A stretch of DNA of 63,810 nt, the filler included, from Craspedostauros australis (Eukaryota), in NCBI GenBank assembly GCA_030167865.1. It is 6 parts of 6 records of this genome, joined end to end, with 100 filler letters (N's around TTAATTAATTAA, not from the genome) between each part and the next. Parts side by side here need not be neighbours in the genome. Positions count along the whole stretch, not along the records: positions 21,795 to 49,056 come from JALAGF010004487.1; 5 more parts are not named here. One strand, written 5' to 3'. Below, piece by piece: positions 21,795-35,939 of this stretch (position 1 is its first letter; every line of letters starts with the position of its first letter). Made by a program: the position numbers and the translations under genes. The notes under the pieces were generated by a model that worked only from the letters and a program-made list of their open reading frames with translations, had not been told where the DNA came from and did no database searches.

Positions 21795-22944
21795 TGCTTC
21801 GTTGCATGTTATCGCATCACTTGTTGAGACCAAAGGTTGATAGGATCATTAATGGGTGTGCTCTGAGTTGCACGCAACACACATCCCTCTTTCTCCTCTT
21901 AGGAGTTTCGTGTTGTGAGAGGTTCGTTGCCATCTCTTCTGTCTCAACTTTGCCACCAACAGAGGTCCGGTAACATATGCGCAAGCACTTTGTCCCTGCT
22001 GATTCATAGCTTGTTCAAGGCTCTGTTGCCAATATCGATGGCAGAGACCTCTCGATCATCGTATCATGGAGATGGATCAGCAGTTTGTTGTCCAATAGAA
22101 GGTCTCCACGCAGTCTACACAGAACTATTGCGATTGCACGTTGGGTTGGTTGGAGACCAACAACGACTTCCGATATGGCAGTCAGGATCTCCAAAAGATG
22201 CAAAATGCGCGTTGGTCGAAGTCCCTGGTCGTATCTGACTACACTAGTCCGCAGAGCATCAGGAACACGCCACGGATGTTGTATTGGGTGAAATAGGATA
22301 TGAGCAAAGATTCCTCAGCTGGATTATGAAGGGGGCCTTTTGTAATTGCGCGCAGATATCATATGTGAAGCTTACAGGCATATTCGACATTGTAATCGCT
22401 CTCTATCGCTCCATGCACCCCTCATTCGGAATGCTAGTTTCATCGTCACTAGCATCTCAAAAAACTATCATCAGCACGACAAGGACGACTCAACATTGCT
22501 GCAAATGAAGAGAAATGATTGGTCGTTGGTTTCGTTCCAACACGTGGAAGGTTGGCTTGCCGGGACTGCAATGTGAAACTCAATTCTGTTTTTGGCTCCT
22601 AAAACGCAATCGAGTTTCACTTTCCGAGGGGGAAGTTCGCATGTTGCCCCTCTAAAAATGTCATTATCAGGTTATTTTGTACCGTGGGACTCCCAATGTG
22701 AAATGCGATAGGCCTCTATTAGAGGCCTATCGCGGCAACAACGGAAGAACGAAACGCCCCTGTTGTCTCAGCGAGCCAACAACACGAAAACCAACGACGC
22801 CACACACCAAGACCACGAGATCAATCAAAGGCAACGACCCAACACGTGACTGCCGTCCAGCCACTCCGCCTCTCTTGGCCAACGACCTTCAACTCCCGTC
22901 AACTCTCTTGCACCCTCACCTCCAACGGAGACAGTCCCGTCATC

Positions 22945-23217
22945 ATGCTTGCCACAGCCTACAGCCGTATTCACGCCGCCACCTCGAGCAGGTTCACCAG
23001 CGCCGCCGCGCGCGGATTCTCTGTCCCTCCGCAGAGCCTGTGGGCATTCCCTGGCTTCGTCGGCTTCACCTGGTTCATCTGGCAGGGATTGACCGATGAC
23101 ATCAAGCAGTCCGTCGGTCTCTACTGGGACCCGCATGCTGTTGTGAAGCGCGTCGAGATGGAGAAGGAGCAACGATTGGCCGCGCGCGAAGCCGCCAAGC
23201 TGGCTGCCAAACAGTAG
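22945..23217 (+). CDS. Small single-TM protein (90 aa), QCR10/UQCR11-like; short paralog of 31370-32306
   Basis: Ser/Arg/Ala-rich N-terminus resembling a mitochondrial presequence, then the TM segment SLWAFPGFVGFTWFIW. Near-identical core to the second copy. The family name is tentative. Confidence 0.55.
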   Translation: MLATAYSRIHAATSSRFTSAAARGFSVPPQSLWAFPGFVGFTWFIWQGLTDDIKQSVGLYWDPHAVVKRVEMEKEQRLAAREAAKLAAKQ

Positions 23218-26200
23218 TAATTGCCAGAAAGCACGTACGCATCGCGCACACTGGGAACTCTTGGGATGGCTGGGGGCTGGAAGCTGGAGGCAGAATCGTC
23301 ACAATACCCCACCGTGAGTCTGGCGATGATATCTCATTCTACGATGCCGAATCCAGACCAAACTGAGCTGAGCGTGTCACGCCGACACAAAAGGCCATAA
23401 CAACGACAACGACAACATCATCGTTATCATCACGTCGTAGCTCAAGTTTCCGCTTCGGTATCTTTCCAGACATGAACAAAGGTCAGCAGCGAAACATCTT
23501 TGGCGTCGTGACCTTGGTGTTGTGCTAATATCGCTGTCGAGCTGCCGCAGAATTTTAAGTTTCTAGGTATCACAAAATCAAACGACCATCAGCAATCACT
23601 CACGGCCAACTTCTCAAAGACAACCTCTCACATGTCCCATAGCATTCGTTCCAACAGCCACGCAGATCAACCGATCTAACGATTGCTATTTCACTTCTCC
23701 TTGCTGGGGCTTGCTGCAGTACTCGGGCGTACGAGTGTGCACGAGTAGTGCTGTGCTATGCTCTCCCGCAAATACTTCACCTTTTCTGCGAGTAATGTCT
23801 TGGAATGCGATACCACATGACTATCGCGCATGGGTTGCTAACCACTGTCTGACGAGCAGGTCGTACGGTATCATCCGCTAGCAGGAGACTGTGCTGTATT
23901 TGAGAAACGAACTACAATTCCAGCAACCAACATTTGACCCGTGCATCATTGTTATCACTCATATGCGATGTAATCACTGAGATATTACTATTGCCAAACA
24001 CCAGATTGCTCGCACCATGCCATCCTTGGAACCAATCCAATCCGAGGCGATGTGATCGCTTCGTCAGATGGGACATCCAACATTCCCAGTGCACATCCAA
24101 ACGAACGACAACTGCAATTGATGGAGGCTGTACCAGAACGTTGGATGGTGCAGCCTCTCTTCTGCATGAAGATGCTGTTGTCCATTCTATCTCGCTTCCA
24201 ATTGCAATTCCATTTGCAATTGCAATGCTGGCGTTGGCGCACGGAGCAGCCCGTTGATACCGACATTGTGCCAGGTCGCACCCAACCGCAACTGAAGGGG
24301 AAGGCTTGGCTGCTGCTACCTATTGCACACGCGGGTATGGAACGCGTCAATCGCAAAGGTTGCGGGATGATTGTGTCGACATAATAACATCGGCCTCTCA
24401 CAACCGAGCTATGAGCATAGCGCAACACTCCGACAAACATGACCAGCCAACCAGTTCGTCAACCGTCCAAAGACCAAAATGAATAGAACAGAGGAGTCGC
24501 GTACAACGGTCAACTTGCCAACATGCCCAGAGCGTACATCCTCATTATTGGCCCATTTCGGTGGCAGAGTCAAACATGGGGATCGTCGGTGCAAAGGTCG
24601 CGAAGAGTACCATGCAATAATGAGGCATTCTCACGGGCTACTGGCTTGACTGTGCACGCGGAGAACTTCAAGTGATGGAATCAATCGCAGACACTTGGTG
24701 TCTTTGGTCGTTGCTCAGCGCTTTCGATCCTGATAAAGGACGAGCAGGGTATAATATTCTATTCTATTCTATTATACAATATTACATTATATTCTATTCT
24801 AGAATATATTGCATAATGACACATAACGTACGAATAGAAAATGGCATGGCTCTACTTGTATCTCCATGAATTGTTGTGTTGAGAAGAAGCCTCTGCCCAA
24901 GTCCACGGAATAGCGTGCCGCTGGATCCATCATGGGAGGCTTTTTATTCGAGACAGTGTCATGTGATCACCACCACTTGTACCATACCATCAGAACGAGT
25001 GGTACAATGGCCGCAGCCTTGTCTTCAAATTGCAGATTGTGCTCATACTCGGAGACCACCTTGGTCGCGACTCTCTCGTCCAAAACTGCGCTCCAACCAC
25101 CTCGTGCGCTCCAGACGGCGGTGGTCGCTGCTCGCTGCGCTGCGCTGTGCTGATTCCATGAAAAGGGCGAAACAAAGAGAAACAATCAAGTTCCCTTTTT
25201 TGGAGCAAGACACTCGCGAACCTCCTCCCGAGAGCGCCAAGGGAGGAGAGGGCGAATTTACTGCCGCAACAGAATGGACCACGATGTCGTCAGCCAGCAG
25301 GGGTCGACGAAACAGACAATACTCATCAACTCTCACACTGTTTGTCAAGGCGCTGAGTGACAGGAAGGCCGCGCTAGAAAAGCACGTCTCCTGCCTTTTG
25401 GTGGATGTTCCGAACAGGACTTGGGACAGCCCATTTTGTTTTCACTCATTTCATGTTGTTGAGTATAATACTGATCTATTATATCTCACACCTTCTCTGT
25501 TTTATCTGCGCCAACACCAACAGCCTTGTTGATGGCTCTGGAGGTTGGGCTGGGCTAGGTTGGGTTGGGTTGGGTTAGGTGCATTACTATCTTCGTTCAC
25601 CGTAATGGCAATGTGGCTGTGGACCTACTGCGTCGACGGTCTGCCACTGTGTCGCCAACGCTTGTTCAAATGCTGGTATGGCCACGCATGGACGGTTGGC
25701 AAGGTGATGCTTGTCGGTTCTCTCTCTCTCTCTCTCTCTACTCGCAGAGAGACATATACCGCTGAGTCTCAGCCAGAGCTCGAAACGATCTCCGCACCGT
25801 CGACATGCTGCGATGGTGTGGGCAAGTACATGTGCCATGACGATGTGAAAAGAGCCGGCCATATTACTCGTACTACTCTATTGTAGAATCGTAACACAGC
25901 AAGCTATGGGATGGCACTGACATGAAAATGAGGGTCTGGAAGAATGTGCTGTCATGGATGTCCCTCAACGTACGGGATTTATTCTGGGACAAGGGACCTT
26001 GCAACCATACGCTCCAGTGCAAGTGCCAATTGATCAATTCCTTTTGCCAATGTTGTTGGTGAGTATAGTAAGAGAGTGGCTGGATACACCATCATGTGCA
26101 TCATGTGCTGGGCGCAGTCGTAGAACAGTACTGCGAGTAATCTGCATCTAATATGTGGTGTTTTACCGTTTTATCGACTATGTGCGAAATTCATCTATTG

Positions 26201-26916
26201 CCTGGATGGAGAGTTGCCTGGCATTTCCCATCACTCTTGGAGTGTGTAGTGCCTCCAGTCTGTGGATTGGCGGGTGCGTGGTCGCCAGGGGGCCATCGTT
26301 GCCGCTGATGCTGCTACTTGTGCTGCAGCACCGTTCCGTGTGTGCCCTCTTCGTCGTTATTCGATTTGATTTGTAGATAATTCTTGCCGTCTGGGTGGGT
26401 CGCGTTTGTCTTATGACCTCTTTGCTTGCTGCATTTTGGAATAGGATCCGTACTTGCCGTCATTGTCATGATCCTAATCGACGTATGAGGCGACTTGGCC
26501 TCGATGTGCCGTGTGGTATTGCAACGTAGCAGGCTGCATTGGTCTCTTCACTGCTGTTGTTTCCCTTCCACCCTTCGCGTGGTCCCTCAAGGGTCTTTTG
26601 TGAATGCTCAACTCTGCCAGGATCATCTTGCATGGCTTTCGCTGGTTCTCAGGTACGCACCCATGAAGCTGTGTATTGATCGTATTGTCCGTATGGTTTG
26701 TCTGTGCATGTGTGTATGTGTGTATGTATCAATGTGTATCTCTCTATAGAGATGATCGAATGGTTGTTTCACCCTATGTCCGTTGGTCTCAATACGACGA
26801 GCACAGTCGTCATCGCCGTTGTTGTCTTGCAATCCGAGCCAGAGCTGCCTTCACAGTACCAGTACGAGCACGAGTACTCTGCACGTCACTGCTCTCCAAG
26901 TATGATACTCGTGCTC

Positions 26917-27504
26917 TCAGCAGTCATACTCTCGGTATCGATGGCGAGACTGTCTACGACTGCGCCGTGCGGATGTTGTTGTCCGATCCAAACGGATCTG
27001 AGAAATCTCAACCACCTCTTTCTTACCCGTGGATTGCCACTTGATCGTAACACGCTGCCGCCAGGTCTCGAAGTCGGCTGCTTCCATCCATGCTGGATGC
27101 TCTGTCTTGCCGACAAGGACCCACACGTAGAGGCGGCTGGAAGTTTTTCGCTTCTTCGCCGGACCTGCTGGCTGCTCTGACTTCCACAAGTGTCTTGGCT
27201 GCTGCAGGCACTGTTTATAGCGCTTTCGTTTGATTTGGCGAGGGCAGGTGGGATGATTGTCACGCGCATGGCGATGGCGACGATCTCCAATCTCTTCGTC
27301 ATCATAGGGAGCAAGGCTGTTCATGTCATTGTCCTCACCACCGCTGTTGCTGATAGTGCTACTGCCGCTAATGCTAATGCTAGTGCTACCACTGCCGCTG
27401 GCGGTAGTGGCGGTCACATTAGTGCCATCTGTTGATGGTGCTGTTGATGGTGTTGTTGATGATGTTGTCGATGATGTTGTCGATGATGATGTAATGTTAC
27501 ACAT
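26917..27504 (-). CDS. Hypothetical protein with a Tudor/SH3-like beta-barrel segment
   Basis: Ser/Thr-rich N-terminus and basic NLS-like PAKKRK, then YVWVLVGKTEHPAW...VTIKWQSTGKKEVVEISQI. Confidence 0.55.
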   Translation of the reverse strand: MCNITSSSTTSSTTSSTTPSTAPSTDGTNVTATTASGSGSTSISISGSSTISNSGGEDNDMNSLAPYDDEEIGDRRHRHARDNHPTCPRQIKRKRYKQCLQQPRHLWKSEQPAGPAKKRKTSSRLYVWVLVGKTEHPAWMEAADFETWRQRVTIKWQSTGKKEVVEISQIRLDRTTTSARRSRRQSRHRYREYDC

Positions 27505-30500
27505 GTTTTACCTGCGATCCTGTCAGAACCACTTTGTCTGTCTGTCTCGGTCGTCGTTTTTCGTTTGCCTTGGTTGTTGCGACGCACTTGCCTTTGCTTG
27601 ATCGTATCTGGACGATTGAGAGTGAAAGCGAGAGCATGAGCGAGAATAGGAGTGTGAGTGTGAGTGCGAGTGCGAGTGCGAGTGCGAGTGCGAGTGCGAC
27701 GATGAGTAACTTCACCAAGCGGTATCGGTGGTTGTCCCCAACGGTTGTATAATATGTTGTTGTGCTTACTTGTTGGTATGTCTGTCGGCTGGTTTATGGC
27801 TGTGCTGCTGCTTGTTGTCCTGTTTTGTGGTGCTGATGTTCGAGGTTGGTGTACTACTCGTACTGGCACTCGTGCTCTTGCTCGCGCTCGTGCTTGAAGG
27901 CACGTGATAGCAGCGGCGTCAAAGTCGTGAAACGATTCCGGAACAAAAGGACGCAGAAGTCCTACCAGGGTCTACGGTGTTGCTGCGTTGGCCGTCTTTC
28001 CCGTCCGTCTGTCGAATGTCCGTCTCTCCTCTCTCTTTTCTGTTGCTGTTTCTTCCTCTGTGTTGGTGTTGATGTTTTTGCTCTCTTCCGCTTTGTTGAT
28101 GTCATGGGCCAATTCCACCGACAGCGCCCACCACCCGAACTGTATTCGTCCACCACCTGCTCGTGCACGGTCTCAATCATTCAAATACATGTGCCCCCTC
28201 CAACAGTCCACGTACGAACAAGGTACATAAGACGCAGACATCTCTCTCTCTCTCTCTCTAGACTGATCTGTCTTCATTCGCACACTTGCTATACATGCTC
28301 AAAACGGCAAGCAGTCATAGACGAGCAGTTCGTATTCATGTTGGAGATCTCCCATCATGGTCTGTCAGATGACATCAAATTGCATCAATCCTCACCGCGA
28401 TCCTCTCTTGGCAAGTGCAGGCAAGTGTACCCCCTCCAAACAGACAGACAGACAGAGAGAGAGAGAGAGAGAGAGAGTAGACGACTCTGCTCTCCTCTAT
28501 TTGCGTTTGCAATGGACCAAGGCCTCGATCCCAACCTCCACCAATGTTGTTCTTATCAACTCGACACCATGCATACGAGCTGCTCAGAGCTTCCCAATGA
28601 AGGCAACCGATTGGTTCCGCCATGGAGAATGGGAGCCAGGTGGGTGTTGGAAAGGTTGGCGTGTTCGCTCGCGGTCAATGACGAATGACCAACACTACAG
28701 TGGACTTGTTATCGCCAATTTCCCTGTCGTTATTTGTGTGGCGGTTTGGCTGGCTTCGCTTATCCTACATGTCAAACATCCAGGGACGCGGGCTATGTCA
28801 ATGGGCACAAACAACTCTCGTGGCGAGAAAAGAGCGTCACCACTCGCTTCCCTTCTCGGAAGCTTCGACCTCTATTTCTCACCCAAAAGAAAATTCATCC
28901 AATCAGATCGCCACACCAAAACACAAACGGACCAACGAATGAACAGACAATCGACCCTGGGGTGCCCAAGCATACGAGCCATAATACTCTGGAGGGATAG
29001 AGATAGAGATAGACAGAGAGGCTCAAGTCGATTACAATCATGGAGCAGAGTTGGATTACTACACTTGTCATGGTGCTTGCCCTGTGTCATTAGAAATCAA
29101 GGACTGTTTGCAAACCCCATCGCACTCCCATGGATCATCCAATCGACATGGTTGCGGGTGTGTCCGTGTGAATGCATGAGAAAACAACGAGAGGGCGAGG
29201 AGGAGGTGCTCACCACATTATCCAGCATGTGATGGCGTTGCTGGTGGAGACAAAGTCCTGCACGAGAAACCTTGACAGGATAACTCCATTCTTGCGAGAA
29301 CACCACGAAAGTGCCACATGCATCAGCAGGATGCAACAGATCTCAAAATCAGAAGCCGACGATGGCAATAGAACAGTCCTACCTATTGTGCGACGCAAAG
29401 TCTTTCATGCAATAATATGAGAACTTGATCATGGAAATGCGATGCGTCAATGCCAGCATGTGCGTCCGCAATCAAGGCCCATGCTCCTGTAAGCATACGG
29501 TGCTGCGTCGTGTCGCATCGCATTCGATTGCCTCAGGAAAATGCTCGTAGAGCAACACCATACGTACTCCAGGATACGGTGCGATTGTTTGGATTGTTGA
29601 TCAATCGTAGAGTATGAGGGGTTGCATGACATTGAATTGCATTGCATTTGATTGGGAGCCGCACAGTGAGTTGATGACAGCCGCGATGCACGATCGACAC
29701 TGATCAATCCGACTTCCCACTAGCATGTCAGTAGCAAGACATACATCGAAGCAAAAACAGCAAAACAGCACGGAAGCCGATGCGCCTGCATGAGGACAAC
29801 TTGGTCATGAAAAGGATAAGCGACCAGCTCGCTCATACCAATCACAGAGTGTGACGGAATTGTGGACGATGTCTACCCACTTGAAACTCAACAACTTTCC
29901 TGCAATAGTTGGGATGGCCTTGATGATTTCCAGCGCCTGCTGACATATTCTCTGTCTCTCTCTCTCTCTCTACATATATATATGGAGAGAGAGAGACAAG
30001 TACTCCTACCGCCATTGTGAAAGACAGTCGTCGTCATGTTTACGGTTTTGAAACGCTTGCGCAATGGATCCAAAGAAACAAGCAAGCAAGCACGTTTGTA
30101 AGCACATTCGTGAGTACTCCACATTGCTGACAAAGCTTGCATGAATGAAGCAGCAGCAGCAGCAAGAAAGGAACTGCGATATGCTATTCCTGTGCTATCT
30201 CTCAATACTCATATCACTGCGGATGACCTAAGATCCATGACAAGTCAGATATGTGTTGCATGAACGGAGCAAGGCCCAACTCCAACACAGACAACGTGAA
30301 CGACCAGAGCAATAGAAAGGTCGATTCCACAGTGGGAGCCGCCAAGACCGACATGCTCTGGAGTATTAAGGTTCAGCATCCCCTGATCGCGCGGCGATGA
30401 GCGTGGAGGAGGTGAAGGATCCCGTCTCGGCCATCATCAACCAACGCGTACGATCTATAATAGCCGGTTGTCTCGAACATCGAAGCGAGCTACCTGTACT

Positions 30501-31369
30501 ATTTGTCACCATCACATCATGTAACTTGTCAAGTGTAATACAAGATGGCATAGCATCATAAGATGCCCCTCTCGAGAGAAGATGGCTGAAAACTGCAAGG
30601 CAGCCCACTCAACGAGCATAACGCATGGTGCCAAGGCACTGCTCTCCACACAACACAACACAACACCTCGGTGTGCAACACTATACATACTCATACAACG
30701 CGTTGTCGGCAGCACGAGAGGCGGAAAAGGAGTCTTTGTCGCCATTGTGGTTCTTGTTGCTGTTGTCGTCGTTGTTATCGTCATTGCTATCGTCATTGCT
30801 ATCGTTTTCGGCGAACGAGAAGAAGAGATTCAAGCTCTCCCAACCGGTTAAAAGAAAAGGAGACGAACTCCTCCATGGGGTGTCGCTCGTTCATCGTGTT
30901 CCTGTCTTGTACCTGTCTGACGAAACTCATCGAATGGCAACAATAAGGACTTATTTAGCTCCTCTTGTTGGGTGACGTCATGCGTACACAGTCTGTATGT
31001 CATCCGGTGCAATTCGCATTTCGTGATCCGATTGGTCAATGCGAACACTTTGTCTCGCACATCTGCACGTTGGGACAAACGTTGAATTCGAATCGCCAGC
31101 AACAACACCAAGGAGCGCCGTGTGAAGGCAAACAAGGCGACGAACGGGCCGACGATGGAGATCGAGGCATTCGCTGCGCCGCACGAGTACGTGGTATCGG
31201 TACGCAGATACTGTACCTACGCGTGCGAGAACAGGAACGCACCTGAATCCAACGCCGGAAGCAAGTCGGCATCAACACTGCAAGAAAGGAGAGTGAAGAT
31301 CGGCACCGACGTCACCATCAATACACTCACACCCGTCACACGACCCAAACGCAAACGCAAAGACACATC

Positions 31370-32306
31370 ATGTCCGGAGTCTACGGCCGAATCTTCGCGG
31401 CCACATCGAAGCGGCTGACGAGCTCCGCCGTGCGCGGATCCTCGATCCCTCCGCAGAGCCTGTGGGCAGTCCCAGGCCTTGTCGGCTTCACCTGGTTCAT
31501 CTGGCAGGGATTGACCGATGACATCAAGCAGTCCGTCGGTCTCTACTGGGACCCGCATGCTGTCGTGAAGCGCGTCGAGATGGAGAAGGAGCAACGATTG
31601 GCCGCGCGCGAAGCCGCCAAGCTGGCCGCCAAGGCTCCAAAGCCGTCGATCGAGGAGACCATCGCCGCCGTCGTGGAGCAGGCCGAAGACGAGGAAGACG
31701 AGGAAGAAGAGGAGCAGCAGGCTGAGGAGCCAGTGGTGGAAGAAGAGGAGGAAGAGGCCGCGCCTGCTCCAGCCGCCGAGGTCGAAGCTGGGTCTGGCGA
31801 TGACGAAGAGGAGGAAGTCGAGGCTCCCAAGAAGAAGGTCGACGACATGACCATGGAAGAGAAGTGGGCCTACTTCGCCGAAAGGGCCACAAACCCAGGC
31901 GACGACGATGATGATGACGACGATGACGATGACGTAAGTGTCTATGTTTGTTGGCACATGCTGAATGTCACTCAGTCGGTTCTTCACAACTTGGCCACAA
32001 CACTCGCGCAGAGCAGAGCAGACTTTGCCTACCACCCTGCTGCTGATGCCAATGCTACTGCCCATTCTGCTGATGACGACAGCTCCCTGCCTCATACAAG
32101 TACTATATTCATATGCATGCCTATGCATAACTGTTCCACATGCTCTCCCATCCAACTCACACCTTCACTCTGTCTTTTACACCCACCCGGCCACCTCAAT
32201 GCATCACATTATATGTGCCAACTTCAAATCTGAATACTCCACTGAACTCCTCTCGCTACCACAGGATGATGACGATGATGATGACGACGAAGATGATGAC
32301 GAGTAG
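31370..32306 (+). CDS. QCR10/UQCR11-like single-TM protein with long acidic tail; exons 31370-31933 and 32265-32306
   Basis: GTAAGT donor at 31934 and CAG acceptor ending at 32264, phase 0; strong coding codon bias. The family name is tentative. Confidence 0.7.
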
Positions 32307-32779
32307 ATGCATTTCGCTTTTCTTCGCGGATTGGGCGCTCACCAGTACTCACATTGCGAGTCTAGCCCAATAATTGTATGGTAAAAGAAGCATTCGAACC
32401 AACCAGCAGGGCTGGAAGCGATGCCGCATGCGCATACCATACCATACTACTCTACTCTAGAGTACGTATAGCACCATTACACTGCGATGCATTGCAACCA
32501 ATCGGGCGATGGAGCACGGTCCAATCAATTCGCCGCCGTAACATCAGCATAGCTATTGGGTTTGATGTGCCGCACTGGTGTCATTTGACTGCATCCAATC
32601 ATCTCGTGTCTGTAGCGACACTCAACAGAGCACATGTCACTCCATTAATTAGGTACACCCGACGAATGACTAGAATAGAGTAGTGGAACTTTACGACTAT
32701 GAGTAGAGCGGACGCCACAGCTGCCGCGCGCCAGCGTCAACCTCCAGCTTGCCAATTGGATGCTCCCAAGCCAAAGCGC

Positions 32780-35700
32780 TCATGAGAACGGATTGGAAGT
32801 GAACTGGTTTGGAACCTCGGCTTCATTTGAGTTCCCCGACAGGTACGTGTTTGGGATGGTCATCTTGGGCTGCTCATCTGTCAAGTATCGGAATGTGGCG
32901 CTGCCGTCGTCACCTTCCGCGCTGTTGTTGGTGAGGTTGCCGCTGTGATTCCCGAATGCAACCATGCCCTCACCATTTCTAGTTGCTGGCGATGCAGACA
33001 TGGTAGGCGTTGAGGTATCACGTCGAAAGCGTTTGGAATCAGGTGCAGATGTCGTGGACACTGGGGGGAGGCCCATCTGCTGCGACTGCATCGATGACGA
33101 GGAGGAGGTCGGTGCCCCGAAGCCATTGCCGAAGAACTGCTGAATACCCGTGAAGAAATCACGCGCTGTCCGTTGGCCGGCACTCTGATCTTCCTCCGCG
33201 AATGTCTGCAGGTACGTGTCCATGTCCACCCTGACATTGTTGGGCATTCGCTTGGAGCCGGACAGCGAGTTGGGTGTGTTGTTTGATGAATTGGACGCCA
33301 CCGAGGCACTGGATGACATCGGTGCTGCAGAATCGGTTGAGTTTGGCATCTTGACAGCGGGATCCTGATGTTGGAGCATCAGCTGTTTCTGCTTCTCTTG
33401 CTGTCTCTTGTTCTGGGCAGAAACGACTGCCCTGCGGTTCCGGAATCCGTGCGATATCTTGTCCCTCGCCGCGGAATCGCTCACCACGACCCACGACGCC
33501 CCGTCCTGCTTCAGAAAGCGTCCCCCCGAAGCCTTCACGACCTGCACGATCTCCTTCGTGAGCGCTGTCTTTTCGAGCTTTTTGGACATGTCGTACTTCT
33601 GTCGGTTGGTTTCGATGAGATGAGAGTAGCGCAAGTTTCCAGGGTGTTCCTGGAACGGCCGGCCGCGACCCAGGAGAACATCATTCGTTCCTGGCACAAC
33701 CACTCGTGAGCCCTCTTTGGTTTGTGCCTCTGCACCCGCTGCGCCGACAAGATTGCTTTGTGTGATACTGCCCATCACCATTGATTTGGTTTGCCCATTC
33801 AGTATGGTGCCGCTGATGATATTCTGCTGAAGCTGCAACTGCTCTGCCTGCTGCTGCATCGGCAACGCAGACATCATGGAAGTTACAGGATCGGCCAGCG
33901 ATTGATCCACATGTGGCAGATTGTTGCGCATGTTCGCCAAGTTGAGGGGTGTTTGCATGTTCGATTCGCTGGTGGTCCCGCAGATTGTGGAGAAACTAAT
34001 TGCTGTTTGTGCTCCTGCTCCTGCTCTTCCTCGCGTTTGTGTCGACGTGGCTGACTGCATCGATGGACCGGCGGCGTTTTCTTCGGCATCGTAATGGGCG
34101 TCTGTGAGCTCCCGGTGGTCGCACCACATGTGGTGGCTGTTGAGATTGATGATCCCATCGGCATTGACGGGAAGTATGGCATCGGAGATGCCGAACGTCA
34201 TCAGCTTGTAGATGCACTCCATATGTGTTCCGAAATGAGGCCTGAATCGTGTGCGTGTGTGCTTGTCGAACATGGTCAGCGATAGTAGCAATCTCAGATT
34301 TGCATTGTCGTAGCAGTAATGCAGTGCCACAAGCCGGTATGGCAGATATCCAAAGAGGCGCCCGTTCTTCCACGCTGCGACGTGGTCGATCGAGCGATTT
34401 GCGACATTGTACGCGATGGTCACTATGCCACGCTGCTGCGTCGACACGTCCTCCAGCGCAGCCATCGTAATGTAGTAGATAGCACGGAGCTTTCAAATAT
34501 TGGTTGAGTGGAGCAGATTGATACGGTTTTGTTTGGAGTGGGGGTGAATTGCATGGAATTGCATGGAGTTGGGTTGGGTTGAGTTGGATCATGGCAGAGA
34601 ACGGCAGTTCGGTACGTGATCAGATCGTGTCGTGTTGAAGCGAAACGAAGCCAACCAGATCATGGCGTGTACCATAAAGGGATGGACACGGTGATTTTCG
34701 AACATGTAGCATGAAGGAAACGGCACCATCGCATAGAGTCGAGTCGAGGATAGCGTAATGCAACAAATTTTGGCATCGTACAGCACAGAGGCATCGTGAG
34801 CGGTCAGCGAGATGCGTTTGGGCATTGTATGTTCTGTTGCTGCTTCAGGATCATACCAGATTTGCCTCCGTCGCACTGTAGTGGCCTCGCCATCGTTGCT
34901 TCCTCCAATGAAAAGCTTCGCGTGTTCTCATTCCGCAGCGCTTGCCATTCGACCGGATACAGTTTGCGATTTGCAATGCAATCTCTCCGCGTCTTCGTCA
35001 ACACTCATCACGATAACACACCCGCTAAGTCTTCGTTCTCAGAAGCAGAATCCGCTATCAGGCCGCGTGCCAAGCATTCGTGCAGGTGGAGCATGGCAGT
35101 AGAGTAGAGTGGAGCAGAGTACGTACATTTGCGTTGGTGTGCTGTTGTTTTCCCCTAATGCCAGGGAAGATGACCAGGATGACTCGTCCCGCCCGATCCC
35201 GTCCAGGCAGCAGTTGCAGATATCCACTCCTCAATGTGGCACGGTCCTCATCCGTCAAGTCGCTGTATCGCACGGAACGGCACAAGCAATGCACGCCGAA
35301 TAGGTCCAGCTTGGCCCTCAGGAATCCGAACAACCGTGATGCTGCTCTCGAGACATCGAATGCCTCCGACCGCAGGAATAGCAGGAGAAAAGATTGCGAT
35401 GTGACGTAGGACGCGTCGATTTGGCATGCCAGCTGAAACGCGTACGTCGCATGTTTGCTGTCGACCGGCACGTTCCACTCGTAGGTACCAAAATCACTGG
35501 CGCCGCTCGTTCCGTCGCATGGACTGTCCCGACCTCTCGTCGGCTTTGTGGTAGAAGTGGAGCGGGATGCTTTTTGCACTTGCCTGTCGATTTCTACTCG
35601 CAGCAGATCGCACTGCTGCGGGATGAAGTCTGGTGATTTGTTTTCCTGGATGAGATCTGCGACACCGTGGATGTCGTACAGCACTTGATCGCGTTCCTTC

Positions 35701-35939
35701 GTGGTGAGTTGCGAGAATTCCTTCGCAAACAACGCATCTGAATCCTCGACACTGACAGCGTTGAGCTGATTTCTGGTCGACGCAGCCTCTGTCGAATTCG
35801 TGGCAAAAGTGAATGATGCATCGGTCCCCAATTGGTGATGTTGCGCCGCGTTGCTGGTTGACGGGCTGCTTGTCGTCGCGAGAGGTTGCAGCGCCGTCGC
35901 ATCATTACCATTCCTCGCATTTGAGCTGAAAGCGTTCAT
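32780..35939 (-). CDS. DUF6824-domain protein with an N-terminal CRAL-TRIO-like region; exons 35939-35127 and 34489-32780
   Basis: DVLLGRGRPFQEHPGN...GGRFLK...W..VSD..ARDKISHGFR (DUF6824) and FLRSEAFD...QLLPGRDRAGR. Phase-0 intron GTACGT...AAAG joins to LRAIYYITM. Confidence 0.85.

Noticed and set aside
21795..22660. Possible decayed DNA transposon end
   Set aside because: No partner inverted repeat and no transposase motif visible in the window.
25545..25580. Telomere-like GGGTT/GGGCT run
   Set aside because: Short, degenerate and internal; a simple repeat.
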